A stretch of DNA of 64,000 nt from an uncultured Chloroflexia bacterium. Lineage in GTDB: Bacteria > Chloroflexota > Limnocylindria > Limnocylindrales > CSP1-4. Each line of letters starts with the position of its first letter. Within the stretch, counting starts at the first letter, position 1. The stretch is taken from contig CAVYBJ010000017.1 in the NCBI GenBank assembly GCA_963766685.1, positions 248,107 to 312,106 on the forward strand, read 5' to 3'. This document shows, one piece after another, positions 51,013 to 62,230 of the stretch. The notes below the pieces were generated by a model. It was given only the letters and a program-made list of their open reading frames with translations, made no database searches and was not told the origin of the DNA. The position numbers and the translations under genes were made by a program.

Positions 51013-52012
51013 ATGGACCTGCGCCAGCTCGCGGACGACGCGCTCGAGATCACGGTCGTGGGCAGCTTCAGCCGCCTCGGCTACCAGGCGCGGCGGCGCC
51101 TCTACGAGTGGCACGACCCGCTGCCCGGTACGCTGGCCGGCCGGACGGCACTGGTGACCGGGCCGACCTCCGGCCTGGGCCGCGCCACGGTCGACGCCCT
51201 GGCGTCGCTCGGCGCCCGCGTCGATCCTGGTCGGTCGCAGTCGCGAACGACTGTCGGCCACGGCCGCCGAACTGGCGCAACGGCATGGTGACGCGGAGCG
51301 CTTCCCGGTCGTGGTGGCTGACATGTCCTCCCTCGCCGGCGTGCGCGAGGCCGTGGCTGCGATCGAGGCCTCAGAGTCGCGCCTGGACATCCTCGTCGAC
51401 AGCGCCGGAGCCATCCACGCCACACGCACGGTCACCGAGGAAGGCCTGGAGGCCACCTTCGCCACGATGGTCGTGGGACCGTTCGTGCTCATCTCCGGGT
51501 TGCTGCCGATGCTGGAGCGGAGCGGCGACGGGCGTGTCATCACGGTCGTCTCTGGTGGCATGTACGGCCAGGCGCTGCCGCTGGACGACCTCGGGTTCGA
51601 GCGGGGCGATTTCAACGGTACGCTCGCCTATGCCCGGGCGAAGCGGGCGGCCACCGCCCTGACCCGCGAGTGGGGGCGACGCCTGCGCGGTCGCCCAGTG
51701 CGGGTCAACGCCATGCACCCGGGCTGGGCGGACACGCCCGGCCTGGCCGCATCGCTGCCTGGATTCCACGGCCTCATGGGTCCGCTCCTGAGGACGCCTG
51801 CCCAGGGCATCGACACGGTCACCTGGCTGGCCGCGGATCCGCGGGCCGGCCTCGCTGGCGGCCGGCTCTACCTTGACCGACGGTCGCGTCCCTTCGACCG
51901 GCTGCCCTCCACTCGCCTCTCGTCAGCACAGCGACGCTGGCTCTGGGATGAGGTCGTCCGGCTGGCCGGCATCCCCGACCCGATGCCCGACCTCAGCGGT
52001 CGGCGCGACTGA
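51013..52012 (+). CDS. Short-chain dehydrogenase/reductase; one frame break near 51230
   Basis: TALVTGPTSGLGRA Rossmann motif, YARAKRA catalytic motif, and PGWADTPGL in the second frame. Confidence 0.7.
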
Positions 52013-52018
52013 GGACCG

Positions 52019-52663
52019 CTACCCCCAGGCCTCCTCGATGCGCTCGGCCAGCTCTGCCAGGGAGCGCACCACGAGGCTCGCCTGCCGTGGCGCCTCGCGC
52101 GGGATGACACCCCAGGGACCGCGGCGCAGCCAGACCGCTCGCATGCCCGCCCCTGCCGCGGGGAGGACGTCGTTGTCGATGCGGTCGCCGACGTAGGCCA
52201 CGCTGCCGGGCTCGGGTCCGCCGAGCAGGGCAAGGGCCGCCTGGAAGAACCCCGGGTCGGGCTTGGAGACGCCCATCTCGTCGCTCATGGCCATGACCTC
52301 GGCCTCCACCCCCAGGGCGCGCAGCTCGCGGTTCCGCCGCACGGGCTGGTTGGCGATGATGGCAGTTCGATAGCCCTGCTCACGAAACGACTCGAGAGCC
52401 GGCAGGGCATCCGGGTACAGATCCTCCGGGCGGAAGCCTCCGGTGGCCCGCTCGACCGCGTCGCGGTGGGCTCCCCAGTCGACGGGGAAGTAGTCGGCCA
52501 GCTGAGGGTAGTTCAGGCCGCGTTCCACCAGCGAGCCGAAGACGGACATGAACGTCGTGCGCGGGATGCCCAGCGCGTCCGCCCAGGCGGCCCAGATGCG
52601 CGATTCGTCGATGAGCGTCTCACCGACGTCGAGGACCACCCACCGCACCTTCGGATCGGTCAT
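52019..52663 (-). CDS. HAD-IA family hydrolase
   Basis: VVLDVGETL (DxG/DxT motif I) and VGDRIDNDV motif IV. Confidence 0.8.
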   Translation of the reverse strand: MTDPKVRWVVLDVGETLIDESRIWAAWADALGIPRTTFMSVFGSLVERGLNYPQLADYFPVDWGAHRDAVERATGGFRPEDLYPDALPALESFREQGYRTAIIANQPVRRNRELRALGVEAEVMAMSDEMGVSKPDPGFFQAALALLGGPEPGSVAYVGDRIDNDVLPAAGAGMRAVWLRRGPWGVIPREAPRQASLVVRSLAELAERIEEAWG

Positions 52664-52673
52664 GCGGCGGCAG

Positions 52674-53048
52674 TCACAGCTCGCAGAACCACTCGCGGCT
52701 GCGCGGCCGGCGCAGGGCCCAGACCAGCGCCCCGAAGGCGACCAGCAGCACGACGGAGAGGATCCAGCCGCCCGCGCCGAAGAAGACGATGGCCGCCAGC
52801 GGCAGGAGCAGGGTCGTGAGGCCCAGCGATAGCCCGAAGGCAGCCTGCTTGCGCTGCAGGACCAGGGTCATGGTGAAGATGAGGTAGGCCAGCAGGCCCA
52901 TCCAGACGAGGCCGATGAACGTGATGGGGGTCTGCACGGCCTGGTCGATGACGACGGGCATGGTCAGGCCGAGGATGGAGAGCACCACGAAGGCGTAGGC
53001 CAGGAAGAGGAGGACCCCTGGTGGCATCTGGCGGACGAGCTGGAGCAT
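52674..53048 (-). CDS. Small membrane protein (four TM helices), unknown function
   Basis: Hydrophobic 124-aa ORF. Confidence 0.5.
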   Translation of the reverse strand: MLQLVRQMPPGVLLFLAYAFVVLSILGLTMPVVIDQAVQTPITFIGLVWMGLLAYLIFTMTLVLQRKQAAFGLSLGLTTLLLPLAAIVFFGAGGWILSVVLLVAFGALVWALRRPRSREWFCEL

Positions 53049-53137
53049 CGGTCCGATTGTCCCACGGGCGCGACCTCACGAGCCGGCCGGGCGAGCCTGC
53101 ACGGTCCCCATCGCTTGCCCCGGATACCCTGTCCGAC

Positions 53138-54734
53138 ATGAGCATCGACATCCCCGCCTGGGTCAGGGACGCCGTCTTCTACCAGGTCTTCCCGGACCGC
53201 CTGGCCCGCAGCGGCCGTGTCCCGGCTCCCGGCGAGCTGGAGCCCTGGGAGGTGCCGCCGACCCGACACGGCTTCAAGGGCGGCGACCTCTACGGCGTCG
53301 TCGCCCACCTCGACCGCCTGCACAGCCTCGGCATCACGGCGCTGTACCTGAACCCCGTGTTCACCTCCGCCTCCAACCACCGCTATCACACCGACGACTA
53401 CTTCCACGTGGACCCCCTGCTGGGCGGCGACGAGGCCCTGCGCGAGTTGCTCGACGAGGCCCACGCCCGCGGCATGCGCGTCATCCTCGACGGCGTCTTC
53501 AACCACAGCGGTCGCGGCTTCTGGCCGTTCCATCACGTGCTGGAGAACGGCGCCCGTTCGCCCTATCGCGGCTGGTTCCATCTCGACCCCGGCGTCCTCG
53601 CCGGGGTGCGTCCGCTCGTCGCGTTCCCGTCGGCGGACGAGCAGGCGGCCATCGACGGACTGCGGGCGCAGGGCGTGCCGAGTGGCGCCGCCTCGCGGAC
53701 CGTCCTTGGCTACGAGGCCTGGTGGGACCTGGCGGCCCTTCCCAAGCTCGACCTCGACGAGCCGCACCTGCGGGCCCTCATCCTCGATGTCGCCGAGCAC
53801 TGGCTTCGCTTCGGGATCGACGGCTGGCGCCTGGACGTGGCCGAGGAGATCGGCATCGACTTCTGGCGCGAGTTCCGGGCGCGGGTGCGCACCGTCAAGC
53901 CGGACGCCTACCTGGTGGCAGAGATCTGGAGCGTGAAGCCGGACTGGCTGGCGGGTGACACCTTCGACGCCCTCATGGACTACCCGCTGACGGAGGCCAT
54001 CCTGGGGTTCGCGGCCCAGCACCGCCTGGCGACCGGCATCGACCTGCCCTGGGAGTACCAGGGCAAGCTCGCCCCCCTGGACGGCGCGACGCTCTGGTCT
54101 CGCATCGACCGGCTCGTCCAGGTCTACGGGCCGGAGCGCCTGTCGGCACAGCTCAACCTCCTGGGCAGCCACGACACGCCGCGCCTCCGGACACTGTGTG
54201 GTGGCGACCTCGACGCCGTGCGCCTGGCCATGCTGCTGCAGATGACGCTGCCCGGGGCGCCCTGCGTCTACTACGGCGACGAGATCGGCATGGAAGGCCT
54301 GCATGGATCCCGATTGCCGGCGTGCCTTGCCGGCCGACCCGGCCGCCTGGGAGCGGGAGCCTGCCGACTGGCTGGCCGACCTGGCAGCACGACGGCATGC
54401 CAGCCGGGCGCTGCGTGACGGCGAGCTGACGCTGCTGTGGGCCGAGGGGGCGGCACTGGCCTACCTGCGCCACGACGAGGAGGACGCGTACGTCTGCATC
54501 CTCGATGCCGCGGACGAGCCGCTCGCCTGTGACCTCCGGCTCCCGCTCAGCGTCGACTCCGCGGACCTCGTGCCGCTCCGCAGCGAGCGCCCGGACGGCC
54601 GCGCACAGCTCGTGGGCGACCGCGTGCTGCACGTGGAGCTCCCGGCTCGCCACGGCGCCATCGTGCGGCTCCAGCCGGCCGGACGCCCGCCCTTCGGCTC
54701 CCTCCCGCAGGCCGAACCTATACTCGCCCCGTGA
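53138..54734 (+). CDS. GH13 alpha-amylase-family glycoside hydrolase; one frame break near 54300
   Basis: GFKGGDLYGVVAHLDRLHSLGITALYLNPVF, GMRVILDGVFNHS, GWRLDVAEEI, YYGDEIGMEG, then the C-terminal domain in a second frame. Confidence 0.75.
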
Positions 54735-55030
54735 CGTTCGCCCGCCTCGCCGTCGTCGTCCTGCTGATCCTCTCCGGGGTCCTGGCCTTCTACGGCATGG
54801 TCCTGGACCGCTCCGGCCAGAACATCACCTTCACCGTGATCGGGCTGCTCGTCTTCGGCCTCTGCCTGGTCTTCGTGGCAGCCTGGCTGCTGAGCCGCGC
54901 GCTGGCCGACGCGCGGCACGGACGGACAGCTGGCGCTCTCGTCGGCGGTGTGGCCGGCGGGCTCTGCGCGATCGGCGCCGCCATGGCCCTGGCAGCGGCC
55001 TCCGTCTTCGCCATCGTCACCGGACTCTGA
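54731..55030 (+). CDS. Small membrane protein, unknown function
   Basis: 99-aa ORF with three predicted TM helices. Confidence 0.45.
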   Translation: MTFARLAVVVLLILSGVLAFYGMVLDRSGQNITFTVIGLLVFGLCLVFVAAWLLSRALADARHGRTAGALVGGVAGGLCAIGAAMALAAASVFAIVTGL

Positions 55031-55101
55031 CCGCACATCCGGGTCGGGCCCCGCGGCAGACCGACCCGGACGCGGCCTCGGGTACACTCCCGGAGTCTCC
55101 G

Positions 55102-55179
55102 GCCCCCATCGTCTAGAGGCCCAGGACGCCACCCTTTCAAGGTGGAGATCGACCGGTTCGAATCCGGTTGGGGGTACCA
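55102..55179 (+). tRNA. tRNA-Glu (anticodon TTC)
   Basis: Cloverleaf: acceptor stem GCCCCCA/TGGGGGT with G1-U72, D arm TCTAGAGGCCCAGGAC, anticodon stem-loop CCACC-CTTTCAA-GGTGG, T arm GGTTCGAATCC, and an encoded CCA. Confidence 0.8.
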
Positions 55180-55337
55180 GTTCCGGCACGATGTCGTCGA
55201 GGCGTCCCGGGCGCTCCGACATGGGACGCTTCTCACACTCGGCTCACCGAGGCCACATGACCCGCGGGCGTGTCGTGACACATGCTCGGTCCCTGAGCCG
55301 ATGGGCTGATGCCCGCGGCGCCTAGGAGGACCCGATC

Positions 55338-55637
55338 ATGGCCTACGCCATCGCCGCACCCTGCGTCGACCACATGGACCGTGCCTGCATGGACGTCTGT
55401 CCCGTCGCCGCCATCGATTTCCAGGACGGGGTCGACCGCAAGCTCTACATCGACCCGGACGGGTGCATCGACTGTGGGGCATGCGAGACCGCCTGTCCGA
55501 ACTCGGCCATCTTCCGCGCGGACAGGCTGCCGACCGCCTGGGCGGACTTCGCCTGGACGGACATGGCCTGGTACCGCGACATGAGCGCCGCCCGGGCCGT
55601 CGTCGACGACCTGGTGCCGCGGGGCCTGGCGTCGTGA
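55338..55637 (+). CDS. fdxA: Ferredoxin (7Fe FdxA-type)
   Basis: MAYAIAAPCVDHMDRACMDVCPVAAI and CIDCGACETACP cysteine motifs. Confidence 0.85.
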   Translation: MAYAIAAPCVDHMDRACMDVCPVAAIDFQDGVDRKLYIDPDGCIDCGACETACPNSAIFRADRLPTAWADFAWTDMAWYRDMSAARAVVDDLVPRGLAS

Positions 55638-55699
55638 CCGCGGCCGCGCTGGCCACCGGAGCGGCGTGGCGCCGACCGGCGTGGCGCAGTCCACGTCGG

Positions 55700-56463
55700 T
55701 CAGGCCCGATCTCTCGGCCGTCGCGCCACGCCCCAAGGCGGACGTCGTCGCCAACGCCAGCCTGGTGAGCCCGCGACCTGCTGACGCCTGCCCTGGCCAG
55801 GCTCACGTTGCGCCCCGACCATGGCGGCCTGTCCTTCGTGGCAGGCCAGTACGTGCAGGTCCGGACGATGGACGCGCGGATCCCGCCGCGCCCGTACTCG
55901 ATCGCCTCAGCACCCGGTGCCCGGGATCTCGAGCTCCTGGTCGCTCGTGTCGACGGAGGGTCGCTCTCGCCACGGCTCTTCGAGCTGCCGACCGGCTCAC
56001 GTCTCTTCGTGGGCACGCCTGCCGGTCGGTTCCGACTGGAGCGCGACGACGGTCGGGATCACCTGCTGGTCGCGACCGGCAGCGGCATCGCGCCACTGCT
56101 CTCCATGGCAGCCGAGCTCGGCGCTCGCCCGCGGCCCCCACGGACGATCGCGCTCCACGGCGTGCGGATCGAAGAGGAGCTTGCCGGTCGCGCCGTTCTC
56201 GAACGGCTCGACGGCACGTGGCTGCGGTATCGGCCCAGCCTGTCGCGACCGCGGGACCCCTCGCGCTGGCGCGGGCTGGCAGGCCGGGTCGACCGGCACC
56301 TCGCGGATCTGCTCGTCAGCCACGGCTTTGCCGCCGACCGCACCGTCGCCTACCTGTGCGGCAACCCCTCGATGGTCGCTGCCTGCGAGGCACGCCTGTT
56401 GGCACGGGCTTCCCCGCTGCCAGCATCCACACGGAGGCGTTCACGATCGACGCCACGGACTGA
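55700..56463 (+). CDS. Ferredoxin-NADP+ reductase-like FAD/NAD(P)-binding oxidoreductase; frame breaks near 55760 and 56400, start approximate
   Basis: RPYSIAS (RxYS FAD motif), LLVATGSGIAPLLSM, AYLCGNPSMV; the C-terminal ..GFPAASIHTEAFT is in another frame. Confidence 0.6.
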
Positions 56464-57421
56464 CGCGCTGGCGATCAGGCGGCCGAGCGTGAACTCCGTC
56501 GTCGACTCGAGCTCCGGCTCGGGCCGTCCGGTCGTGGTGGGGCTCCGGCGGCCCGACGGGCTCGCTGGCGGGCGGCGGTGCGTCACGCACGGAGCGGCGC
56601 CCCCGGATGACCCAGGCGCAGATGGCCAGCGAGAGACCCACGATGGCGACCTGTGCCACGAGCACGGCGGGTCCCACGATGCCGAGCAGGCTGAGCACGT
56701 TCTCGGCGTTGTAGACGAGGATCATGCCGCCCACCAGGCCCCCCAGCACCTTGTGGTCCAGCCGGCTCACGAGCCAGGCGGCGATGGGTGCCGCGAAGAG
56801 GCCGCCGATCAGCAGCAGCGCGGTGGCGCCCCATTCGATGGCCTCGCCTCCCAGGGCGGCCAGGAAGCCGAGCGTGGCCCCGATGGCCACGATGAACTCG
56901 GACATGCTGACCGTGCCGATGACCTGGTTGGGGCTCATGCGGTTGGAGGCCATGAGCGTGGAGGTGGTGACCGGCCCCCATCCGCCACCGCCGACCGAAT
57001 CGATGAAGCCGCCGATCAGGCCGAGCGGGCCGAGCACCCTCGTGGTCGGGTCGTGGAACCGGATGGCCGCCTGGCGACCGAACACGGTCCGCAGCAGCAC
57101 GACCAGTCCGAGGACGGCCAGGATGACGCTGACCCACGGAGCGGCCACATCGGCTGCGATGTAGCTGATGGCCAGGGCTCCCGCGAAGGCGCCGATCGTG
57201 CCGGGGATGGCGAGCATGAAGACGGCCCGCCAGTGGACGTTCCCGAAGCGCCAGTGCGCGGTCCCGGACATGATCCCGGTGCCGATCTTGGCGACGTGGA
57301 TGGTGGCCGAGGCGACGGCCGGGGCGAAGCCGATGGCCGCCAGCATCGTCGCCGATGTGACGCCGTAGCCCATGCCCAGCGACCCGTCGACCAGCTGGGC
57401 GACGAACCCGATGAGCAGCAC
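56441..57421 (-). CDS. TauE/SafE (DUF81) family membrane exporter
   Basis: Two tandem 4-TM halves with GxGGG motifs (FIDSVGGGGWGPV). Confidence 0.75.
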   Translation of the reverse strand: MLLIGFVAQLVDGSLGMGYGVTSATMLAAIGFAPAVASATIHVAKIGTGIMSGTAHWRFGNVHWRAVFMLAIPGTIGAFAGALAISYIAADVAAPWVSVILAVLGLVVLLRTVFGRQAAIRFHDPTTRVLGPLGLIGGFIDSVGGGGWGPVTTSTLMASNRMSPNQVIGTVSMSEFIVAIGATLGFLAALGGEAIEWGATALLLIGGLFAAPIAAWLVSRLDHKVLGGLVGGMILVYNAENVLSLLGIVGPAVLVAQVAIVGLSLAICAWVIRGRRSVRDAPPPASEPVGPPEPHHDRTARAGARVDDGVHARPPDRQRVSPWRRS

Positions 57422-57544
57422 GAGCAGGATGTAGCCGAGAATCCACGCCTCGCCTCGGTATTCCCGGTATTTCCTACCTGAGAGACAGAGAATATAGGTG
57501 ATGACGCGCGGCCCTGCTCAGCCGAGCCGCAGGCCGCGCCCGGT

Positions 57545-58462
57545 TCAGATCCAGTCGATCCGCCAGAAGTAGATGTAGACGGCCAGGCCGATGCCCAGCA
57601 CGACGCCCGTCACGACCCAGAAGCCCAGGTTGCCGGGCAGATCCAGCGCCTTGGCCGCCTCGCTCATGCCGAAGAGGCCGGCGGCGGCACCCACTCCGGC
57701 CAGCACGGCCGTGATGGCGGTGAGCCGCTTCATGACGTCGGAGAGGCTGTTGTTGACGCTCGAGAGGTAGGCGTCCAGGACGCCGTTGGCGAGCTCGCGG
57801 TGCGTGTCCAGCTCGTCCGTGACACGCACGGTCAGGTCGTAGACGTCGCGGAAGTAGAGGCGCCGCTGCTCGTCGATGAGGCTGATGTCACGGTTGGAGA
57901 GCTGGTTCAGGATCTCGCGCTCGGGGCTCACCAGGTGCCTGATCTCGAGCAGCGAGCGGCGGACGCGGAAGAGCCGCTCGACGACGTCACCGCGCTGTCC
58001 GGACACGACCGCCACCTCCAGGTCGTCGATGTCATCGCTGATGCGGTCGATGACGGGGAAGTAGCCATCCACGATCTCGTCGACGAGGGCGTACAGGAGC
58101 AGGTCCGTCCCTTGGGCGATCAGCGGCCCGACGCTTCGCGCGTCGCCGTCCAGGGCGGCCGACGGCTGCCACTCGGGGGGATGCGACGTGATCAGGAAGC
58201 GCGGGCCGAGGACGACGTCCACTTCGCTGCTCGTCAGCACGCCGTGGTGATGGAGGGCGAACAGGACGAGGTGCAGGCTTCCATCCCAGTAGACGATCTT
58301 GGCGCGTTGGTTGCGCTCGATGATGTCCTCGGCCACCAGGTGATGCAGGCCGAACATGGCAGCCAGCTCGGTCAGGGTCTCGGCCGCGGCGTCCTGGACG
58401 TCGACCCAGAGCCGACTCTCCTCGTCATCGAGGGCGGCCTGGACCTCTGACAGCTCATGCAC
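57545..58462 (-). CDS. CorA-family divalent cation transporter
   Basis: Cytoplasmic alpha/beta domain plus a C-terminal two-TM region with FGMSE in place of YGMNF. Confidence 0.7.
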   Translation of the reverse strand: MHELSEVQAALDDEESRLWVDVQDAAAETLTELAAMFGLHHLVAEDIIERNQRAKIVYWDGSLHLVLFALHHHGVLTSSEVDVVLGPRFLITSHPPEWQPSAALDGDARSVGPLIAQGTDLLLYALVDEIVDGYFPVIDRISDDIDDLEVAVVSGQRGDVVERLFRVRRSLLEIRHLVSPEREILNQLSNRDISLIDEQRRLYFRDVYDLTVRVTDELDTHRELANGVLDAYLSSVNNSLSDVMKRLTAITAVLAGVGAAAGLFGMSEAAKALDLPGNLGFWVVTGVVLGIGLAVYIYFWRIDWI

Positions 58463-58774
58463 GACGCGCAGTGACCCGTGGCTCCAGACATGGGCGACGA
58501 GCCGGTCTCGCTGCCGCGGCAGGGGATGCCGTCAGGCCGGCCGGCCGTGCAGGGTCTGAGCCGTCGGGGTCGGACCGCGGCACCCGAGCCGGTCGATGCC
58601 GTGACGGCCACCCAGGGGCTCCACCATCTCGTGCGCATGGTGGCACGCCGGCGAGGTCCCGGGGCGCTCGTCCTGCCACCCGTCCCTCGGGGCGCGCGTC
58701 ACAGCCTTCCAGGGCGCCGATCGGCCGACCCCTCTGCTACGATCGACCCGTGACCGCCACCCGTTTCCGCGGCG

Positions 58775-59127
58775 GCCGGATCATGGGCATCCGGATCCCG
58801 ACCGTCTTCTCCGAGAATGACGCCAAGCGCTGCGCCGGCTGTGGAGAGCCCATCGAGGGGACACCCTTCCGGGTCTCCATCCTGGACAACGTGGCGAGGG
58901 AGACGGCACCCAGCTGGGCTGAGCGGGCACCCCTGAACCCCGGACCGCACCAGTTCCACGCCGACCCGGCGCACTTCCAGGACTGGGCCCGGCGGCGCGG
59001 ACACCTCCTCTGCTCGCTCTCCGGCGTCAGGGAGCTGATGCGGCCCGTGCCGCTGCCCGTCGATCCTCCGGCCTGGGGCCTCTGCGACGGCAACCACCGC
59101 GAGGATCACGTCTTCGAGCCGGCCTGA
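58775..59127 (+). CDS. Hypothetical protein
   Basis: ORF from MGIRIPTVFSENDAKRCAGCGEP; no recognised family. Confidence 0.4.
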
Positions 59128-59149
59128 CCGGCTGATCCTGGACCCGGAC

Positions 59150-60211
59150 ATGGACGCCAGCATCGCCATCCCGGCGCTCACCGCCGTCCTGGCAGGCGTC
59201 TTCGCCCTCCTCCTGTTCGACCAGTGGCGCGGCCGGCGGCGCGGCTACCAGCTCATCTGGGCGCTGGGCATGGCCTTCTACGCCATCGCCGTGGGCTGCG
59301 AGGCCGTCGCGGCTGCCGTCGGCTGGAGCCAGCCCGTCTACCAGCTGTGGTACCTCACCGGTGCCGTATGGACGGCCGGCTGGTTGGGGCTCGGCACGGC
59401 GTTCCTGCTGGGCCGCACGCGCTTCGGCTTCGGCTTCGCGCTGTGCCTCTTCCTGGCCGGCCTGTTCACCTTCCTGACGGCCCGCCGGAACCCGGAGATC
59501 TACGCCGACGCCTCCACGACGGCCATGCTCTACTTCCTCGTCGCCGGCGTCCTCGCCCTGGCCGTCTCCGTCGAGACCTACTTCCAGAACTGGCGCTGGC
59601 CATGGATGGCGCTGGCGGCCGTGGGCGGTGCCACGCTGCTCTCGATCGTGCTCATGGCCATGGCCGACCTGCCCGCACCCGGCTACTCGCTCGATCCGAC
59701 GACGGGCGTCCCCACGGCCGCGATCCTGCCGCCCGAGCTGCGCCTGCTGACGCCCTTCCTCAACGTCACGGGAGCCTTCTCGCTCATCCTGGGCGCGCTC
59801 TTCTCGGCCTACGTCTTCATGCCCAAGCGCCGCGTGCTGGCCTATTCGCTCGACCCGGGCCAGCCGGGCGAGCAGTTCCTCTTCAACCTGCTCATCGCGC
59901 CGATCGCCATCACCGTCAACTTCGTGGCTTCGCTACCCGGCGCGCTGCGCGCGCTCGCCAGCGGCAAGATCAACAGCCGGGTGCCGGCCACGCTGCTCAT
60001 CGCGCTGGGCGCGTTCATCCCGGCCCTGACCGACAGCCTCAATCGCTTCGGGTCCACGGAGTGGTTCCAACTGGGCAAGCTCCTGGGTGCGCTCCTGCTG
60101 CTGGCCGGCTTCCTCGTCTCGACCGAGACGTTCGGTGAGATCCGCGTGCCCTTCACGTCGATCGTCCTGCGGCGCGCGCGCAGCGAGCCCGCCGAGGCGA
60201 TCGAACCCTGA
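59150..60211 (+). CDS. Polytopic membrane protein, unknown function
   Basis: 353-aa ORF with about 10 predicted TM helices. Confidence 0.5.
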   Translation: MDASIAIPALTAVLAGVFALLLFDQWRGRRRGYQLIWALGMAFYAIAVGCEAVAAAVGWSQPVYQLWYLTGAVWTAGWLGLGTAFLLGRTRFGFGFALCLFLAGLFTFLTARRNPEIYADASTTAMLYFLVAGVLALAVSVETYFQNWRWPWMALAAVGGATLLSIVLMAMADLPAPGYSLDPTTGVPTAAILPPELRLLTPFLNVTGAFSLILGALFSAYVFMPKRRVLAYSLDPGQPGEQFLFNLLIAPIAITVNFVASLPGALRALASGKINSRVPATLLIALGAFIPALTDSLNRFGSTEWFQLGKLLGALLLLAGFLVSTETFGEIRVPFTSIVLRRARSEPAEAIEP

Positions 60212-60213
60212 AC

Positions 60214-61160
60214 CGCTCGACCACCACCGGCGCTGCGCTGATCGTCATCGCCGCGGTCGGCTACGGCACGCTGGGGGTGCTCTCGCGCTTCGCCACGGAG
60301 GTGGGCATCTCCACCATCACCTTCGTGACCTGGCGCGCCCTGCTCGGGGCGCTCATCCTCATCGTCTCGGTGGCCCTGGCCCTTGGCTTCGGCCTCATCC
60401 GCTCGGTGCGTTTCGCGGACGTGCCACCGAAGCACTGGCTCCAGATCAGCACCGTGGCGATCCTCAACGTCGTCATCAACCTGGCCGTCTTCACGGGCTT
60501 CGAGTACGCCAGCATCGCGCTCGTGCTCATCTGCTTCTACACCTACCCGGTCATCGTGGCCGTGGCTGCCACCCGCGTCTACCACGAACCGCTCACGGGG
60601 CTTCGAGTGGGGGCGCTGGCGCTGGCCTCGGCCGGCCTGGTGCTTGTCGTCGTGGTCCCCATGCTCGGCCAGGGCGATGCCGACGTGTCTGCCATCGGAC
60701 TGCTCCTGGGTCTGCTGGCAGCGGTCGCCCAGGCCGTGCACTCGCTCATCGCCGGGCGCGGCTACTCGTCGCTCCCCGCCCCCCAGGCAGCCGCGGCTCT
60801 CTCGGTCATCCAGGCCATCGGGTTCGTTGGCGTCGCGCTCCTGGCCGGCGCAGCCTCGACGCTGACCGAGCCCTTCGCCGTGGAAGGCGCCTGGGTCTGG
60901 ATCGATCCTGGCGGCCACCATCGGCCTGGCGATCCCGACCGCAGCGGTCCTGGCCGGCTACCGTCGCCTTGGTCCCACGCGGGCCTCCATCCTCATGCTG
61001 CTCGAGCCGGTGGTCGCGGTCCTGCTGGCCGCCGTGCTGCTCGCCGAGCAGCCGGCCCTCGTGCAGCTCCTCGGTGGGGCCCTCGTGCTGGCCGGCAGCC
61101 TGCTGGCCCAGGTGCATCGCCAGCCGGCTGGCAGCCGGCCCCGCAGCCGGCCTGAGGGAG
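60214..61160 (+). CDS. EamA/DMT-family transporter; one frame break near 60905, 3' end approximate
   Basis: Two EamA-like halves. The second half (ILAATIGLAIPTAAVLAGYRRLGPTRASILMLLEPVVAVLLAAVLLAEQP) is in a +1 frame. Confidence 0.6.
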
Positions 61161-61303
61161 CGGCCACCGGCACCGGCAGAGCCGACCGACCGGTTCGGCC
61201 GAGCCACCGCGGCCCGCGCTACACTCGGGGCCATTCGCGTCAGCGAGACCCGTGGCGACCGCCTGATCCGGGTCCGGACCGGGCAGCGCCCCATGGAGGA
61301 TGG

Positions 61304-62182
61304 ATGCGCGTTCGCAAGGCAGTCTTTCCGGCCGCAGGCTGGGGCACTCGCTTCCTGCCCGCCACCAAGGCGCAGCCCAAGGAGATGCTGCCGCTGGTCG
61401 ACAAGCCGGTCATCCAGTACGCGGTCGAGGAGGCGGTGGCGGCCGGCATCGAGCAGGTCATCATCGTCACGAGCAGCCAGAAGCGCGCCATCGAGGACCA
61501 CTTCGACCACAGCTTCGAGCTGGAATCGCTCCTCGAGGCGCGCGGCGACATCGAGATGCTGCGCCGGGTGCGCCGCATCGGCGACATGGCCCAGGTGAGC
61601 TACGTGCGCCAGAAGGAGCAGCTCGGCCTCGGGCATGCCGTGCTCATGGCCAAGGAGCTGGTCGGGCACGAGCCCTTCGCGGTCATCCTGTCGGACGACG
61701 TCGTGACCGGTCCGCGATCCTGCATCGGCCAGCTGGTGGACGCCTACCACCGCACGGGCGGCTCCACGCTCGCGGTCATGCCGGTGCCGCACGAGGAGAC
61801 CAGCCGCTACGGCGTGGTCGACGTGGACCCGGCCTGGGACGGTGACGACGCCCGGCTCACCCGCATCCGAGGTGTCGTCGAGAAGCCGGCTCCGGACGAC
61901 GCCCCGAGCAACCTGGCCATCATCGGCCGTTACGTCCTGACCCCCAAGATCTTCGCCAAGCTCGAGCAGACGCCGGCCGGGTCCGGCGGCGAGATCCAGC
62001 TCACCGACGCCATCGAGGCCCTCATGCAGGAGCAGGAGGTCTTCGCCTATGCGTTCGAGGGGACTCGCCACGATGCGGGCACCACGATGGGCTGGCTGAA
62101 GGCCTCGCTGGAGCTGGCGCTCGACCGCGAGGAGTTCGCTCCGGAGCTCCGCGCGTACCTGGCGGGGCTCGACCTGCGGTGA
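61304..62182 (+). CDS. galU: UTP--glucose-1-phosphate uridylyltransferase
   Basis: AAGWGTRFLPATKAQPKEMLPLVDKPVIQY and full-length GalU similarity. Confidence 0.9.
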   Translation: MRVRKAVFPAAGWGTRFLPATKAQPKEMLPLVDKPVIQYAVEEAVAAGIEQVIIVTSSQKRAIEDHFDHSFELESLLEARGDIEMLRRVRRIGDMAQVSYVRQKEQLGLGHAVLMAKELVGHEPFAVILSDDVVTGPRSCIGQLVDAYHRTGGSTLAVMPVPHEETSRYGVVDVDPAWDGDDARLTRIRGVVEKPAPDDAPSNLAIIGRYVLTPKIFAKLEQTPAGSGGEIQLTDAIEALMQEQEVFAYAFEGTRHDAGTTMGWLKASLELALDREEFAPELRAYLAGLDLR

Positions 62183-62230
62183 CACCGGCCGAGCTCATCG
62201 GTCCCGCAAGGCCTCCGGGGGGCAGGCAGC

